From contig CAWJSK010000004.1 in NCBI GenBank assembly GCA_963845535.1, positions 1 through 64,000 of the forward strand: DNA of 64,000 nt. The letters are read 5' to 3'. Within the stretch, counting starts at the first letter, position 1. Each line of letters begins with the position of its first letter. Source of the stretch: an uncultured Spirochaetota bacterium. Its GTDB lineage: Bacteria > Spirochaetota > Spirochaetia > SZUA-6 > Fen-1364. Position numbers and translations under genes: made by a program. This document shows positions 8,156-18,338 of the stretch, in pieces. The notes beneath the pieces were generated by a model. It had not been told where the DNA came from, did not search any database, and saw nothing but the letters and a program-made list of their open reading frames with translations.

Positions 8156-9474
8156 GAGGCTCCTCCTTGGCCGGGCGGACTACGGCGCACGAGGAGCCAA
8201 AGACCCTCGCGACCGACCACCTCGACGTTTTCACCTGCGTGGATGGGACCTTCGACAGAACGGGCGCTCCACTGCTCACCCATGCTGTGGACCTGGCCGT
8301 CCGGGGCAATCTCCGTGATGGCAATGCCGCGGGCGCCGGGTAGCGTTTCCGTACCGAAGCTCGGCCTCCTCCTTTGGGCAAGGAGGCCTTTGGAAACTAT
8401 GAAAAGGAAAAACGATGTCACCAGGGCCGTCATGAGCACAATGATGACGGGCGAGATGCGGACCACCTGGATGGACGGCAACTGCGGGGCGCGCCACGGC
8501 GGAAAAAGCAGGAATGATCCCAGCACGAACGAGATGACTCCGCCGGCGGTGAGCACTCCGTGCGTGGGCAGCTTGATGTCCAGGACGAAGAGCACGATGG
8601 CCAGGACGATGAAGAGGATCCCGCCGAGGTTCGTCGGCAGGCTTCCAAACGAAATAAAGGAGAGAAGGAGCGCGATCCCCCCGGCGATGCCCGGCGCCAC
8701 GAGGCCCGGGTGGGACAACTCGAAGATGATGCCGAACATCCCGATGATGAGCAGGATGTAGGCGATGTCCGGATTCACAAGAAAGCCGAGGAACCTGTCG
8801 ATGAAGCTCATGGGAAAAGGCCGCTCCACGGCGCCGATGGTGTGAAGCACCGTGGTTCCGTGGGGCGTGTCCACGGTGCGTCCGTCAGCTTTCTGCAGCA
8901 GGTCGTCGAGATCACGGGCGCTGAAGTCCACGATCCCCCGCGCCACGGCTTCCGATTCGGTGAGGGACATGCTGAGCCGCACGGCCTGGTCCGCCCAGGC
9001 GATGTTGCGATGACGGAGCTGCGCGAGGGATTTCAACTTCGCAAGAGTGTCATTGAGGACCTTCTCCCCCATGGTTCCCGGGATGTCACCGCCGCCGGAG
9101 GTCACGGGATGAGCCGCCCCGATATGGGTCCCCGGGGCCATGGCGGCAATTTGCGCGGCCATGGCGATGAAGACGCCGGCGGAAGCTGCCCGGGCGCCTT
9201 GAGGCCAGACGTATACGGCAACGGGCACGGGAGAGGCGAGCATCTTTGCCACGATCTGGTCCATGGAAACGGAAAGGCCTCCCGGGGTGTCCATCTGGAT
9301 CACTGCAAGAGCCGCGCCGTCACGCGCGGCCTGGTCAAGGCCACGCTGCACGTAGCGGGCGCTGATAGGATCGATTGGCCCGTCGAGAGTGAGAACCGTC
9401 ACCGTGCGGCCCTGCGCCGAAGCGACGAGAGAAGAGAGCAAGAGCAGCGCAGTAAGCATTGGCCGCCACTTCAT
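8152..9474 (-). CDS. nfeD: NfeD family membrane serine protease
   Basis: DTPGG, AASAG, GAAHPV, C-terminal OB domain GEQWSARS; adjacent to SPFH. Confidence 0.93.
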   Translation of the reverse strand: MKWRPMLTALLLLSSLVASAQGRTVTVLTLDGPIDPISARYVQRGLDQAARDGAALAVIQMDTPGGLSVSMDQIVAKMLASPVPVAVYVWPQGARAASAGVFIAMAAQIAAMAPGTHIGAAHPVTSGGGDIPGTMGEKVLNDTLAKLKSLAQLRHRNIAWADQAVRLSMSLTESEAVARGIVDFSARDLDDLLQKADGRTVDTPHGTTVLHTIGAVERPFPMSFIDRFLGFLVNPDIAYILLIIGMFGIIFELSHPGLVAPGIAGGIALLLSFISFGSLPTNLGGILFIVLAIVLFVLDIKLPTHGVLTAGGVISFVLGSFLLFPPWRAPQLPSIQVVRISPVIIVLMTALVTSFFLFIVSKGLLAQRRRPSFGTETLPGARGIAITEIAPDGQVHSMGEQWSARSVEGPIHAGENVEVVGREGLWLLVRRSPPGQGGAS

Positions 9475-9556
9475 TGGATGGAACCTGGGCTGATTATAGC
9501 TCGAATCATGCGGCGCCGCCAGCAAGTGCGGGCGGCTCGAAAGAGATGACCAAAAC

Positions 9557-11467
9557 TTAGAACTTCACAAGCGGCCGCAGCGCCTCAGTCATCCACGGCA
9601 CGTACGTGATGACCAGGACGGCGGCAAGAAGCACCAGAAGGAACGGGAGCACGTCACGGTACAGGGTGGCCAGGGGCCTCTCGAACCTGTAGGAGGAAAG
9701 GAACAGGTTGAGCCCGACCGGCGGCATCAGGTAGCCCAGCTCCATGTTCGCAAGGAAGATGATCCCCAAGTGCAGCGGATTCACCCCGTACGCCACGCCC
9801 AGCGGCACAATGAGCGGGGCCACGATCGTAATCGACGAATAAATCTCCAGGAAAGATCCCACCACAAGCAGCACCAGGTTCACGAGGAGAAGAAAAACGA
9901 TCTTCGACCCGATGGCCGCATGCATCCAAGACGCCATTCGGGAGGGAAGCTGGGCATCCACCAGGTAGTAGGAAAGGCCGTTCGCGGTCCAGAGGATGAC
10001 AAGCACCCCGCCCATGATCACGACGCTCTTCAGGAAGACGGAGGGGACACTGCGAAGCTTGATGTCCCGGTGGATGATCACTTCCACCACGAAAGCGTAC
10101 AACACCGAGAACGCCGCGGTTTCCACGAGCGTCATGATGCCCCGCAGGAAGAGAACGAGGATAAGGATGGGGAGAAGGATTTCAAAGATGGAGTCCCGCA
10201 ACGCCGGCAGCGCCTCCGCGAGCTTGAACGGCGTTCGCGGCGCTTTGTGCCGCGTGGACTCGATGACCCCCATGATGGCGAGCGTCAACACCATGAACAG
10301 GCCGGGAAGAATCCCGCCCGCGTAAAGCTCCTTGATGTTCACCTGCGCAATAACGCCATAGAGGATCACGGGCAGGCTTGGCGGGAAAAGAAGGCCAACG
10401 CTGCCGGAAGCGGTCAGGAGCCCCGTGGAGAACCGCGTACGGTAGCCGTCCTGGGTAAGGATGTACAAAAGCAAGCCGCCAGCGGCCAGAATGGTCACTC
10501 CGGAAGCCCCCGTGAACGTGGTGAGGAAGGCGCAGATGAGGACGCTCATGATGGTGGCGCCGCCGGGAAGCCAGCCAAGCACCGATTTGAAGAGCCTCAC
10601 CAGGCGTTCGCCGGCCTTGCTTTCCGAGATGATGAAACCGGCAAGCGTGAAGAGCGGGATTGCGGGGATCAGCGGGCCTGAGAGCATCACGTAGCCCTCG
10701 TTGGGAACGGCCTCCAGCGCGCCGCCGGAGCGGAAGAAGAAAAGGACCGCGAGCCCGCTCAGGAGGATGAAGATGGGGCTTCCAAGAACCGCGGAGGCCA
10801 CAAGCACCAGGACGAGCGGAAGGAAAAGCGTCCCCAGGACCGGCGCAAGAGCCGCCTGGGCGGCGGCGCATGCCTGGCCAATTGCGCCGGCAGAAGAAAG
10901 AAGGTTGGACAACGGCGCAAGCCCGAATGCCAGACCCGGCAGGATCCCTGCCGCCGCAATCCATCGCAGCGCCGGACGTTGGGCGGCGTGCCCAATGGCG
11001 CGAACGATCATGACAAGGAACCCCGCCGGCATGATGAGCGCGAGGATCCAGGACGGGATCACTCCGACAGTTGCGGTGGGATCGAAGCCAACCAGGGAGA
11101 AGGAGAGGCTGGAAAGCATCAGGACGGTCAGGAAAAAGACGTCGACGAACGACGTCCAGGATTTCACCCATCTCTTTGCCTGATCCCCGAGCGCGTCATA
11201 TCCGAAGCTGAGCGCCAGGTGGCGGCCTTCCCGTGAGGTGATGACGCCCCCGGTGAAGGCGGTCCAGAGCACGAGGTGACGGATATAGTCGGTGGAGCCC
11301 CTGATGCCGGGCACGGAGAACAGTCGTGTCAGCACGGGCAACAGGGAAAGGACCGCCATGAGCCCGATGAGGATGACCGAGAGGAGGTCTTCAGACCGTG
11401 AAAGGACGCCGCCGCGGGAGGCGGGCGCCGGCAGGCTAGGGCCGAGGGTGGGAGGCAAGGTACTCAT
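9557..11467 (-). CDS. TRAP transporter fused small/large permease (DctQM)
   Basis: AIPLFTLAG, GLLFPPSLPVILY, MPPVGLNLF. Confidence 0.92.
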   Translation of the reverse strand: MSTLPPTLGPSLPAPASRGGVLSRSEDLLSVILIGLMAVLSLLPVLTRLFSVPGIRGSTDYIRHLVLWTAFTGGVITSREGRHLALSFGYDALGDQAKRWVKSWTSFVDVFFLTVLMLSSLSFSLVGFDPTATVGVIPSWILALIMPAGFLVMIVRAIGHAAQRPALRWIAAAGILPGLAFGLAPLSNLLSSAGAIGQACAAAQAALAPVLGTLFLPLVLVLVASAVLGSPIFILLSGLAVLFFFRSGGALEAVPNEGYVMLSGPLIPAIPLFTLAGFIISESKAGERLVRLFKSVLGWLPGGATIMSVLICAFLTTFTGASGVTILAAGGLLLYILTQDGYRTRFSTGLLTASGSVGLLFPPSLPVILYGVIAQVNIKELYAGGILPGLFMVLTLAIMGVIESTRHKAPRTPFKLAEALPALRDSIFEILLPILILVLFLRGIMTLVETAAFSVLYAFVVEVIIHRDIKLRSVPSVFLKSVVIMGGVLVILWTANGLSYYLVDAQLPSRMASWMHAAIGSKIVFLLLVNLVLLVVGSFLEIYSSITIVAPLIVPLGVAYGVNPLHLGIIFLANMELGYLMPPVGLNLFLSSYRFERPLATLYRDVLPFLLVLLAAVLVITYVPWMTEALRPLVKF

Positions 11468-12449
11468 TCAGGTACTTGGTGGCCATGTCGAAGCTCTGCG
11501 CGTCATACGTCGTCCCCACGAGGCTCGAGAAAGTCTTGTCCAGGAGATCCGCCCATTCCGCCTCCGCTTTTTGCGGCACCTTGTTGATGACGAGCCCGTA
11601 CTTCTTCATGATCTCGATGGCCTGGTCGTCGGCCTTCACCAGCTCAGGGGTCAGCGAGTCCGCGACCTGCTGAGCGGCATCCATCAGCTTCTGCTGAAGA
11701 TCCGGCGGCACCTCCGACCACGCCTTGTCCGTGATGATGGTTGCGCCCCACAGCGGCCCCAGCTTGAGGGTGCTCATGTTGTTGACCACGCCAAACCATT
11801 GGTTGGACGCAGCCAGGAGGGGGCTCGTGACAAGGGCGTCCGCCATGCCTCCCTGCAGGGAGGTCATCAGATCCGTGACCGCCAGGGTCACTGTCTGGAA
11901 GCCGGCGCGCTGGTACGCCTGGATTTCATCCGGGTCACCCGACCAGACCCAGAGCTTCTGGCTCTTGAGATCGTTGGGATAGATGACAGGCCTCCGGGAG
12001 AAGAGGTAGACCCATCCGCCCGGAGACCACATGATGGCATGGAAGCCGCGCTTTTCCAATTCCTGTTCAAAGGAGGGCTTCATGTGGTCCAGCACGTAGA
12101 ACAGCTCTCCGTCGTTCCTGACGAGGAGCGGGTAGCTCAGCGTCTTGAAGCCTTTGAAAATGCCCTGAAGACCGCTCACCGTGATGCCTGCCGCGTTGAG
12201 CGTCCCGATGCGCATCTTGCGTATCATGTCCGGCTCATCACCGGCAATGCCGCCGGCGTAGATGCGAAGCGTCACCGAGCCGCCGGAAATTCTGTCCCAG
12301 TCCGCCGCAATCCGCCGCAGGCCGACCTCCCACGGTGAACCGATTGGCGCAAGGGTCCCGAGCTTGATGGTCAACGCTCCCGCAAGCGGGATTGCGCCGA
12401 GGAAGCAGCCCACCGCGCAGAGGATGATCGTCCAGACGCGTCGCCTCAT
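11436..12449 (-). CDS. dctP: TRAP substrate-binding protein DctP/TatP
   Basis: IKLGTLAPIGSPW, GGIAGDEPDMIRKMRIG. Confidence 0.92.
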   Translation of the reverse strand: MRRRVWTIILCAVGCFLGAIPLAGALTIKLGTLAPIGSPWEVGLRRIAADWDRISGGSVTLRIYAGGIAGDEPDMIRKMRIGTLNAAGITVSGLQGIFKGFKTLSYPLLVRNDGELFYVLDHMKPSFEQELEKRGFHAIMWSPGGWVYLFSRRPVIYPNDLKSQKLWVWSGDPDEIQAYQRAGFQTVTLAVTDLMTSLQGGMADALVTSPLLAASNQWFGVVNNMSTLKLGPLWGATIITDKAWSEVPPDLQQKLMDAAQQVADSLTPELVKADDQAIEIMKKYGLVINKVPQKAEAEWADLLDKTFSSLVGTTYDAQSFDMATKYLNEYLASHPRP

Positions 12450-13396
12450 TGACTGCCCTGCCCTTCAACGAAAAATCGATCCGCGTGATCGAGCAACCAT
12501 TTCGCCTTCTGCTGGTTGACGGTGTTCGTCAGCCTCTCCGCGGGCACCGCGTTCACGTCCACCGCAAGGGCCTTGTTGAGAAGGTCCCGGAACTCCGCCT
12601 CGTTCTGGTCCTTGACGCTCACCGAGGATGCAAGCGCGACGTACGGTCCGGCCGAGTGGCCGCCTGACAGCTCGACGGCGCGGGCAAACTCCGCGCGCGC
12701 CTTCTCCTCGCTGCCCCCCAGCTCCGCGGGCGCCGCGGCATAGTAGGAAATGAAGATCTCGTGCACCGCCCCGCGTGCATATGTGTCGTTCCAGGCCTCC
12801 ACCTGCTGAAGCATGGCCGTGGCCCGCGGGAGCGTGACGATCAGGGAGAAGTCGAAGGGTTCAGCGCTGAAGGCCCCCAGCCAGGACGCCCCTGCCCAGT
12901 ACAGATAGTCGGCGTCTTCAGGCCGCGTCAGCTTGAGCGCGGCTGCCGGGCCTTGCGCGTCGAGGGTGGCAAGAAAACCCTTGCGCCGCACCTCCAGGCC
13001 GCGCAGCGCGTAGTCCCGTGCCCGAAGAAAGAGCTTCATTGCGCGGGTATGCATGGCGATCTGTTGATCCACCTGGTCGATGGGAAGCTCGTCCGCCGGC
13101 ATCTGGACGAAAGCGAAGGCGTAGCCGGCAAACGCCTGTGCGGTAACAAGGGCGAGCTTCGCGTTGCCCGGATCAGCCTCCAGGAGCGCCTCATAGGTCT
13201 TCATGGCAAAAGGCAGGGCGTCCCCCACAAGCTGCGTATCATCATCCGTCGTGAAGACGTTGCTCCCACCTCCGCCGGTCAGCACACCGGCGACGGCCCG
13301 AACAGCAAGACTATTGATGGAGCAGGCTGTGAGGGAGGTGAAAAACAGGATGACCATGGTACGGAAAATGGATTGAGCGACTTTTTCCCTGTGCAT
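12446..13396 (-). CDS. tatT: TRAP transporter T-component lipoprotein (TPAT system)
   Basis: Lipobox LTAC; DDDTQLVGDALPF, GGSEEKARAEFARAVELS; T-P-QM gene order. Confidence 0.88.
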   Translation of the reverse strand: MHREKVAQSIFRTMVILFFTSLTACSINSLAVRAVAGVLTGGGGSNVFTTDDDTQLVGDALPFAMKTYEALLEADPGNAKLALVTAQAFAGYAFAFVQMPADELPIDQVDQQIAMHTRAMKLFLRARDYALRGLEVRRKGFLATLDAQGPAAALKLTRPEDADYLYWAGASWLGAFSAEPFDFSLIVTLPRATAMLQQVEAWNDTYARGAVHEIFISYYAAAPAELGGSEEKARAEFARAVELSGGHSAGPYVALASSVSVKDQNEAEFRDLLNKALAVDVNAVPAERLTNTVNQQKAKWLLDHADRFFVEGQGSQ

Positions 13397-13412
13397 GGCT
13401 ATAATATACGGA

Positions 13413-14111
13413 ATGGGTCCTCCGAGCGCAATCGGTACAGACGGGCTTCGCTACTCCTGCCTCCTCATCGACCATGACGACACGGCAGTGGACAGCATGT
13501 CGGCGGTGCACTATCCGGCCCATCTTGAAGCGCTCGCCACGCTGCGCCCGGGGCGGCCGGCGCCGACCAAGGAGCAGTTTCTTCTGCACAATTTTCACGG
13601 GATCATGGAGTACCTGGTCGGGGAGCTCGCCTTGAACAACCAGGAGCTGGCGCAGGAGTTCCAGATATGGCGCCGCTGGACGACAAGCCGCACTCCGCCG
13701 TTCTTTGCCGGCTTCCTCAAGGTGCTGGGGGAGTATCACGACCAGGGCGGAAAGGTGGCGGTCATTTCCCATTCCGAAAGGGACGTCATCGAAAGCCACT
13801 ACCGCAACTCAAGCGGTCCCCCGTTCCTTCCCGACCTCGTATTCGGCTGGGACCATGACGAGAAGCGGCGCAAGCCCAGCCCCTGGCCCGTGCAGGAAGC
13901 GCTGCGTCAACTGGGTTTCAAGCCCGAGCAGGCATTGATCCTGGACGACCTGAAGCCGGGCATCCTCATGTCCCTTGCCACGGGGGTACCGGCGGCAGGC
14001 GCGGGATGGAGCCACCGCGTGCCTGAAATCGAGCGCTACATGAGAGCCAATACCGTTGCCTATTTCCCACGGGTGGAAGACTTGCGCGCCTTCCTGTTCG
14101 CCAAGGCTTGA
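13413..14111 (+). CDS. HAD family hydrolase
   Basis: IDHDDTAVDS motif I, KPSP, ILDDLKPG. Confidence 0.85.
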   Translation: MGPPSAIGTDGLRYSCLLIDHDDTAVDSMSAVHYPAHLEALATLRPGRPAPTKEQFLLHNFHGIMEYLVGELALNNQELAQEFQIWRRWTTSRTPPFFAGFLKVLGEYHDQGGKVAVISHSERDVIESHYRNSSGPPFLPDLVFGWDHDEKRRKPSPWPVQEALRQLGFKPEQALILDDLKPGILMSLATGVPAAGAGWSHRVPEIERYMRANTVAYFPRVEDLRAFLFAKA

Positions 14112-14165
14112 GGGCGGAACTTTTTCTTACTATACTAATAGTCTACGACTGCGGCAGTAGCCCAA

Positions 14166-15362
14166 ATGAAACGCGATAGTTTGAAGTTGTTTCGCACCAT
14201 CGAAACCCTCTATTCCATCCGGGACCTGGATTCGCTCCTGGAGAGGGTGCTGACGGAGGCGCGGCAATTCGTGGGCGCGGACGCGGGAACGATCTACCTC
14301 GCCGCCCGAGGCTATCTGTACTTCAGTTTCGTGCAGAACGACACGCTCTTTCGCGGGGAGACCAAAGACAAATACATCCCCAGCGGCGCGGCGCTGGCAA
14401 TCGACAAGGGCTCCCTTGCGGGATACGTGGCAAAGACGGGGGAAACGATCCTCATCGACGACGTCTACCATATCCAGAGCAACGTCTCGTATGCCTTCAA
14501 CCCGGCTTTCGACCAGAAGACGAGCTATCACACCCGGTCAATCCTCTGCGTGCCCCTGAAGACACGGGACAACGAGATCGTCGGCGTCCTCCAGCTCATC
14601 AACTCGAAGAATGAAAAAGGCGATGTGGTTGCGTTTTCCGTCCAGGACGAGCTTTTCATCTCCCAGTTCGCGCTGAATGCGGCGGACGCAATCGAGAAGG
14701 CGCGGTTGTCGCGTGAGATGGTGCTGCGCATGGTGGAGCTGGCCGAGCTGCGTGACCCCTTCGAGACGAGCCAGCACGCAAAGCGCGTCGGCGCGTACTC
14801 GGTGGAGCTGTACGAGCACTGGGCCCAGCGTCGCGGCATTTCGGCGCGGGAGATCCGCAAGGTAAGCGACGTTCTTCGCACCGCCGCCATCCTGCACGAC
14901 GTGGGAAAGATCGCGGTGAGTGACGTGATCCTCAAGAAGCCCGGCGGCCTGACCTATGATGAAACCATCACAATGCGGCAGCACACCGTGCTCGGCGCGC
15001 GCCTTTTCCGCCGTACCACCTCATTCTGGGACTACATGTCCGCGGAGGTGGCGCTCAACCACCATGAGAACTGGGACGGCACGGGGTACCCGGGGCACAT
15101 CGAGAACATCTACGCGCCCAAGGTCTACATGGGCCCCGGCAAGAAAGGGACGGAGATCCCCCTTTCCGCCCGGGTGGTAATGATAGCCGACGTGTACGAC
15201 GCCCTGGTCTCCCAACGCGCTTACAAGAAGGGCTGGCGCCAGGAGCATGCGCTTCGCTTCATGCGCTACCAGGCCGGTAAGAAGTTCGATCCCGAGCTGG
15301 TGGGCATCTTCCTGAAGATGGAAGAGCTGCTGATGGCCATCGCCAAGAAGTACGAATACTGA
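14166..15362 (+). CDS. GAF + HD-GYP cyclic-dinucleotide phosphodiesterase
   Basis: GAF (FDQKTSYHTRSILCVPL); LHDVGK, HHENWDGTGYP, ADVYDAL. Confidence 0.92.
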   Translation: MKRDSLKLFRTIETLYSIRDLDSLLERVLTEARQFVGADAGTIYLAARGYLYFSFVQNDTLFRGETKDKYIPSGAALAIDKGSLAGYVAKTGETILIDDVYHIQSNVSYAFNPAFDQKTSYHTRSILCVPLKTRDNEIVGVLQLINSKNEKGDVVAFSVQDELFISQFALNAADAIEKARLSREMVLRMVELAELRDPFETSQHAKRVGAYSVELYEHWAQRRGISAREIRKVSDVLRTAAILHDVGKIAVSDVILKKPGGLTYDETITMRQHTVLGARLFRRTTSFWDYMSAEVALNHHENWDGTGYPGHIENIYAPKVYMGPGKKGTEIPLSARVVMIADVYDALVSQRAYKKGWRQEHALRFMRYQAGKKFDPELVGIFLKMEELLMAIAKKYEY

Positions 15363-15430
15363 CGGCCCGCCATTCGCGGCAGGGGCCCTACTCCGTCCCC
15401 GCGGTGTTGAATTGGGGGAGGTGACGAATC

Positions 15431-15760
15431 ATGTACTGCGTCAATTGCGGCAAGGAGCTCTCCGACCAGGCAGTCTACTGTCCCAACTGCGGGCACCCCG
15501 TGCGCATGCGCGGCATGGCCCCGGGCTTTCAAAACGACAAGACGGTAAGCCCACGCAGCAGGCTTGCATTGCTTTTGTTCTGCCTCTTCCTTGGGTGGCT
15601 CGGAGTGCATCGCTTCTACGTGGGAAAAGTCGGGACGGGCGTTCTCATGCTGATCACCCTGGGCGGCTTCGGGGTCTGGGTTGTCATCGACTTCATCATG
15701 ATCGTGGTGGGCGGGTTCACGGACATCGACGGAAAGTACGTGCTGGACTGGCAGGTCTAG
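15431..15760 (+). CDS. Zinc-ribbon + TM2 domain protein
   Basis: CVNC..CPNC; LGWLGVHRFYVGK. Confidence 0.9.
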   Translation: MYCVNCGKELSDQAVYCPNCGHPVRMRGMAPGFQNDKTVSPRSRLALLLFCLFLGWLGVHRFYVGKVGTGVLMLITLGGFGVWVVIDFIMIVVGGFTDIDGKYVLDWQV

Positions 15761-15900
15761 CGCGGCCGCAGGCCGCGCGGAAGGGGCCCCAGGGCGGCAG
15801 CCATAGCGCGGTACTCCGCGCGGAGGCGGGAGCCCTGGGGAAAGGTGCCCTCTAGCGGCCGCCATTGACTGGAACGAGACTGCTCCTTACAGTCTCCCGC

Positions 15901-16956
15901 ATGATCGAGCTTGCAATCATCGGGACAGGAAACATGGCGGCGGCACACGCCCGCAGCTTCTCCGCCGCGCGCGGAGTGAAGCTGGCGGCGTGCTGCGACA
16001 TCGACGCGGGGAGAGCGCGCGAGTTTGCCCGCGCTTGGAAGATCCCGCGCTGGTACACCGACTACAACGAGCTTTTGAAGGCAGAGCGCCTGGATGGGCT
16101 CTCCAATGTCACCACGGACATCATGCATGCCCCCGTCTCCCTTGCGGCTTTGGCCCGCGGTGTGCCGGTCCTCTGCGAAAAGCCCCTGGCCACGACGCTT
16201 GCTGACGCGCGCAGAATGCGCGACGCCGCCGCCCGGCGGAAGCTCGCCACCGTGGTGAACTTCAGCTACCGCAACTCCTCGGGAGCGCAGGCGGCCGCGC
16301 AGCTCATCAGGGCCGGAGGGATCGGCAGGATCATGCACGTGGAAGCGAGCTACCTGCAGAGCTGGCTCGCGCAGGACGCCTGGGGCGACTGGCGGACAAA
16401 GACCGCATTCACGTGGAGGTTGTCCACCCGGCACGGCAGCATGGGAACGCTTGGCGACACCGGCTGCCACATCTACGATCTTGTCGGCCTTCTCTGCGGA
16501 GACATCTCGGAGATCTCCTGCGTCCTTCGCACATTTCCCAAGGGCGTGAAGGGAAACAGGATCGGCCCGTACGTCCTGGACGCGAACGACAGCTTCGTGT
16601 CCACCATCGGGCTTGCCGCCGGAGGGATCGGTACCGTGCATGCAACGCGCTGGGCCACGGGCCACCACAACAGCCTTCGGGTCCGCGTGTATGGGGATGA
16701 AGGCGCCGTGGAGGTGGACCTGGACAGGGACCCCTCGAGCTATCGCCTGGTCAAAGGAAAAAAGGCGGCCCGCGCTGCCCAATGGCGCGTTGTGCGCGGC
16801 AGGAAAACCCCGACCCAATATGAACGATTCATCACGAGCATCCGCACCGGGAAAGCCGATCCCTCGGACTTCGCCAACGGCGCCAAGGTGCAGGCATACC
16901 TGGACGCAAGCATCACGTCCTCCAACACAGGGCGCCCCGTGAAAGTCAAGATTTAA
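15901..16956 (+). CDS. Gfo/Idh/MocA oxidoreductase
   Basis: IIGTGNMA, VLCEKP, DTGCHIYD. Confidence 0.92.
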   Translation: MIELAIIGTGNMAAAHARSFSAARGVKLAACCDIDAGRAREFARAWKIPRWYTDYNELLKAERLDGLSNVTTDIMHAPVSLAALARGVPVLCEKPLATTLADARRMRDAAARRKLATVVNFSYRNSSGAQAAAQLIRAGGIGRIMHVEASYLQSWLAQDAWGDWRTKTAFTWRLSTRHGSMGTLGDTGCHIYDLVGLLCGDISEISCVLRTFPKGVKGNRIGPYVLDANDSFVSTIGLAAGGIGTVHATRWATGHHNSLRVRVYGDEGAVEVDLDRDPSSYRLVKGKKAARAAQWRVVRGRKTPTQYERFITSIRTGKADPSDFANGAKVQAYLDASITSSNTGRPVKVKI

Positions 16957-16994
16957 ACGCGCCCACGCCCACGCCGGCGTTCGCGGAACGCATT

Positions 16995-18233
16995 CTAGAG
17001 CTCGTTCACTGCAATCCGTCCGCGCGCCATCACCAATCGGACCCGCAGATCGTCGTCAAACACCACAATGTCGGCGTCCTTGCCGGGATCGAGGCTTCCC
17101 TTGCGCGCGTGAATGCCCATGATGCGGGCAGGGGTCAGCGTCATCATCCGTACGGCGTGGGGCAGGGACACGCCTTTCACGGCGCTCATGGTGCGCACGA
17201 GCCTGTCCGCGGTGGCAACGCTGCCGGCAAAGAAGGACCTGTCAGGGAGCCAGGCAACTCCGTCTGATACGATCACGCGCGTGCCGTTTTCCCTACTGCC
17301 GAGGACGCTCTCTTTCACGTCCTGGCCTGCGGCGCGCATGGAATCCGTGACGAGGCAGATGCGGTCCGGGCCTTTCACCTTGAACACCAGCTCCAGGAGG
17401 CTCGGCGGCAGGTGCATGCCGTCCGCAATGACCTCCACGGCAAGCTCGTCCAGAACAAGGGCGCCCTCCACGACTCCGGGATGCATGACTGCGTTTTTGC
17501 GGACGAGCCTCGACATCCCGTTATAGAGGTGGGTCACGAGCGAATAGCCGTTGCGGCATGCTTCGACAACCTCGTCGTAGACTGCATTGGAATGGCCAAT
17601 GGAAGCCACCACACCGCGGCGCGCAAGCTCCCTGCCCATCAGAAGCGCCCCCGGTAGCTCAGGGGCGACGGTCCATCGCACTATCCATGGACACGAGTCG
17701 AGCAGCCCGGTGTATTCGCCGGGATCCGGGTCCTTGATGAATCGAGCGTCCTGGGCGCCTTTCTGCTCGAGGGAGAAGTACGGGCCTTCGACATGGACAC
17801 CGAGGATCTCGGGGACACCCACGGCCTGCCCATAGGCCTCACTCACCCGGGCAATAAGCCTGAGCACGGACTGCAGCTCCCGAAGATCGCTTGCAAGCGT
17901 GGTGGGAACGATGGTCGTTGTGCCGTGGCGCAGGTGCGTCCGGCACGCCGTCAGCACGGCTTCCTCGGTGCCGTCCATGAAGTCCGCGCCGCCGCCCCCG
18001 TGCGTGTGGATGTCGATGAACCCCGGAGAAAGGTAGAGGCCACGCGCGTCGACGCGGGGCGCCTGCGACGCGCCCGCCGGCGCGTTTGCATGGCCCTCGA
18101 TGACCTCGCGGATTTGCCCGCCTTCGATGAGGAGCGAACCTGAGACAATACGATCAGAAAGAACAAGCCGGGCGTTCGTAAAGAGCAGCTGAGAGGAGCC
18201 GGCTGCGTTGACCGTCATTCTGTTGGCCGTCAT
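16995..18233 (-). CDS. nagA: N-acetylglucosamine-6-phosphate deacetylase
   Basis: PGFIDIHTHG, HVEGPY, KGAQ, THLYNGM, VTDSM. Confidence 0.9.
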   Translation of the reverse strand: MTANRMTVNAAGSSQLLFTNARLVLSDRIVSGSLLIEGGQIREVIEGHANAPAGASQAPRVDARGLYLSPGFIDIHTHGGGGADFMDGTEEAVLTACRTHLRHGTTTIVPTTLASDLRELQSVLRLIARVSEAYGQAVGVPEILGVHVEGPYFSLEQKGAQDARFIKDPDPGEYTGLLDSCPWIVRWTVAPELPGALLMGRELARRGVVASIGHSNAVYDEVVEACRNGYSLVTHLYNGMSRLVRKNAVMHPGVVEGALVLDELAVEVIADGMHLPPSLLELVFKVKGPDRICLVTDSMRAAGQDVKESVLGSRENGTRVIVSDGVAWLPDRSFFAGSVATADRLVRTMSAVKGVSLPHAVRMMTLTPARIMGIHARKGSLDPGKDADIVVFDDDLRVRLVMARGRIAVNEL

Positions 18234-18338
18234 TCTTGACAACTCCGGCTATCCATGTTCTGATGAGGTTTCTCCACTATCTCTCATAATAAGTCGGCCT
18301 CTGCCAGAAGTACAACATGTAGCGAAATCACATTCGAG

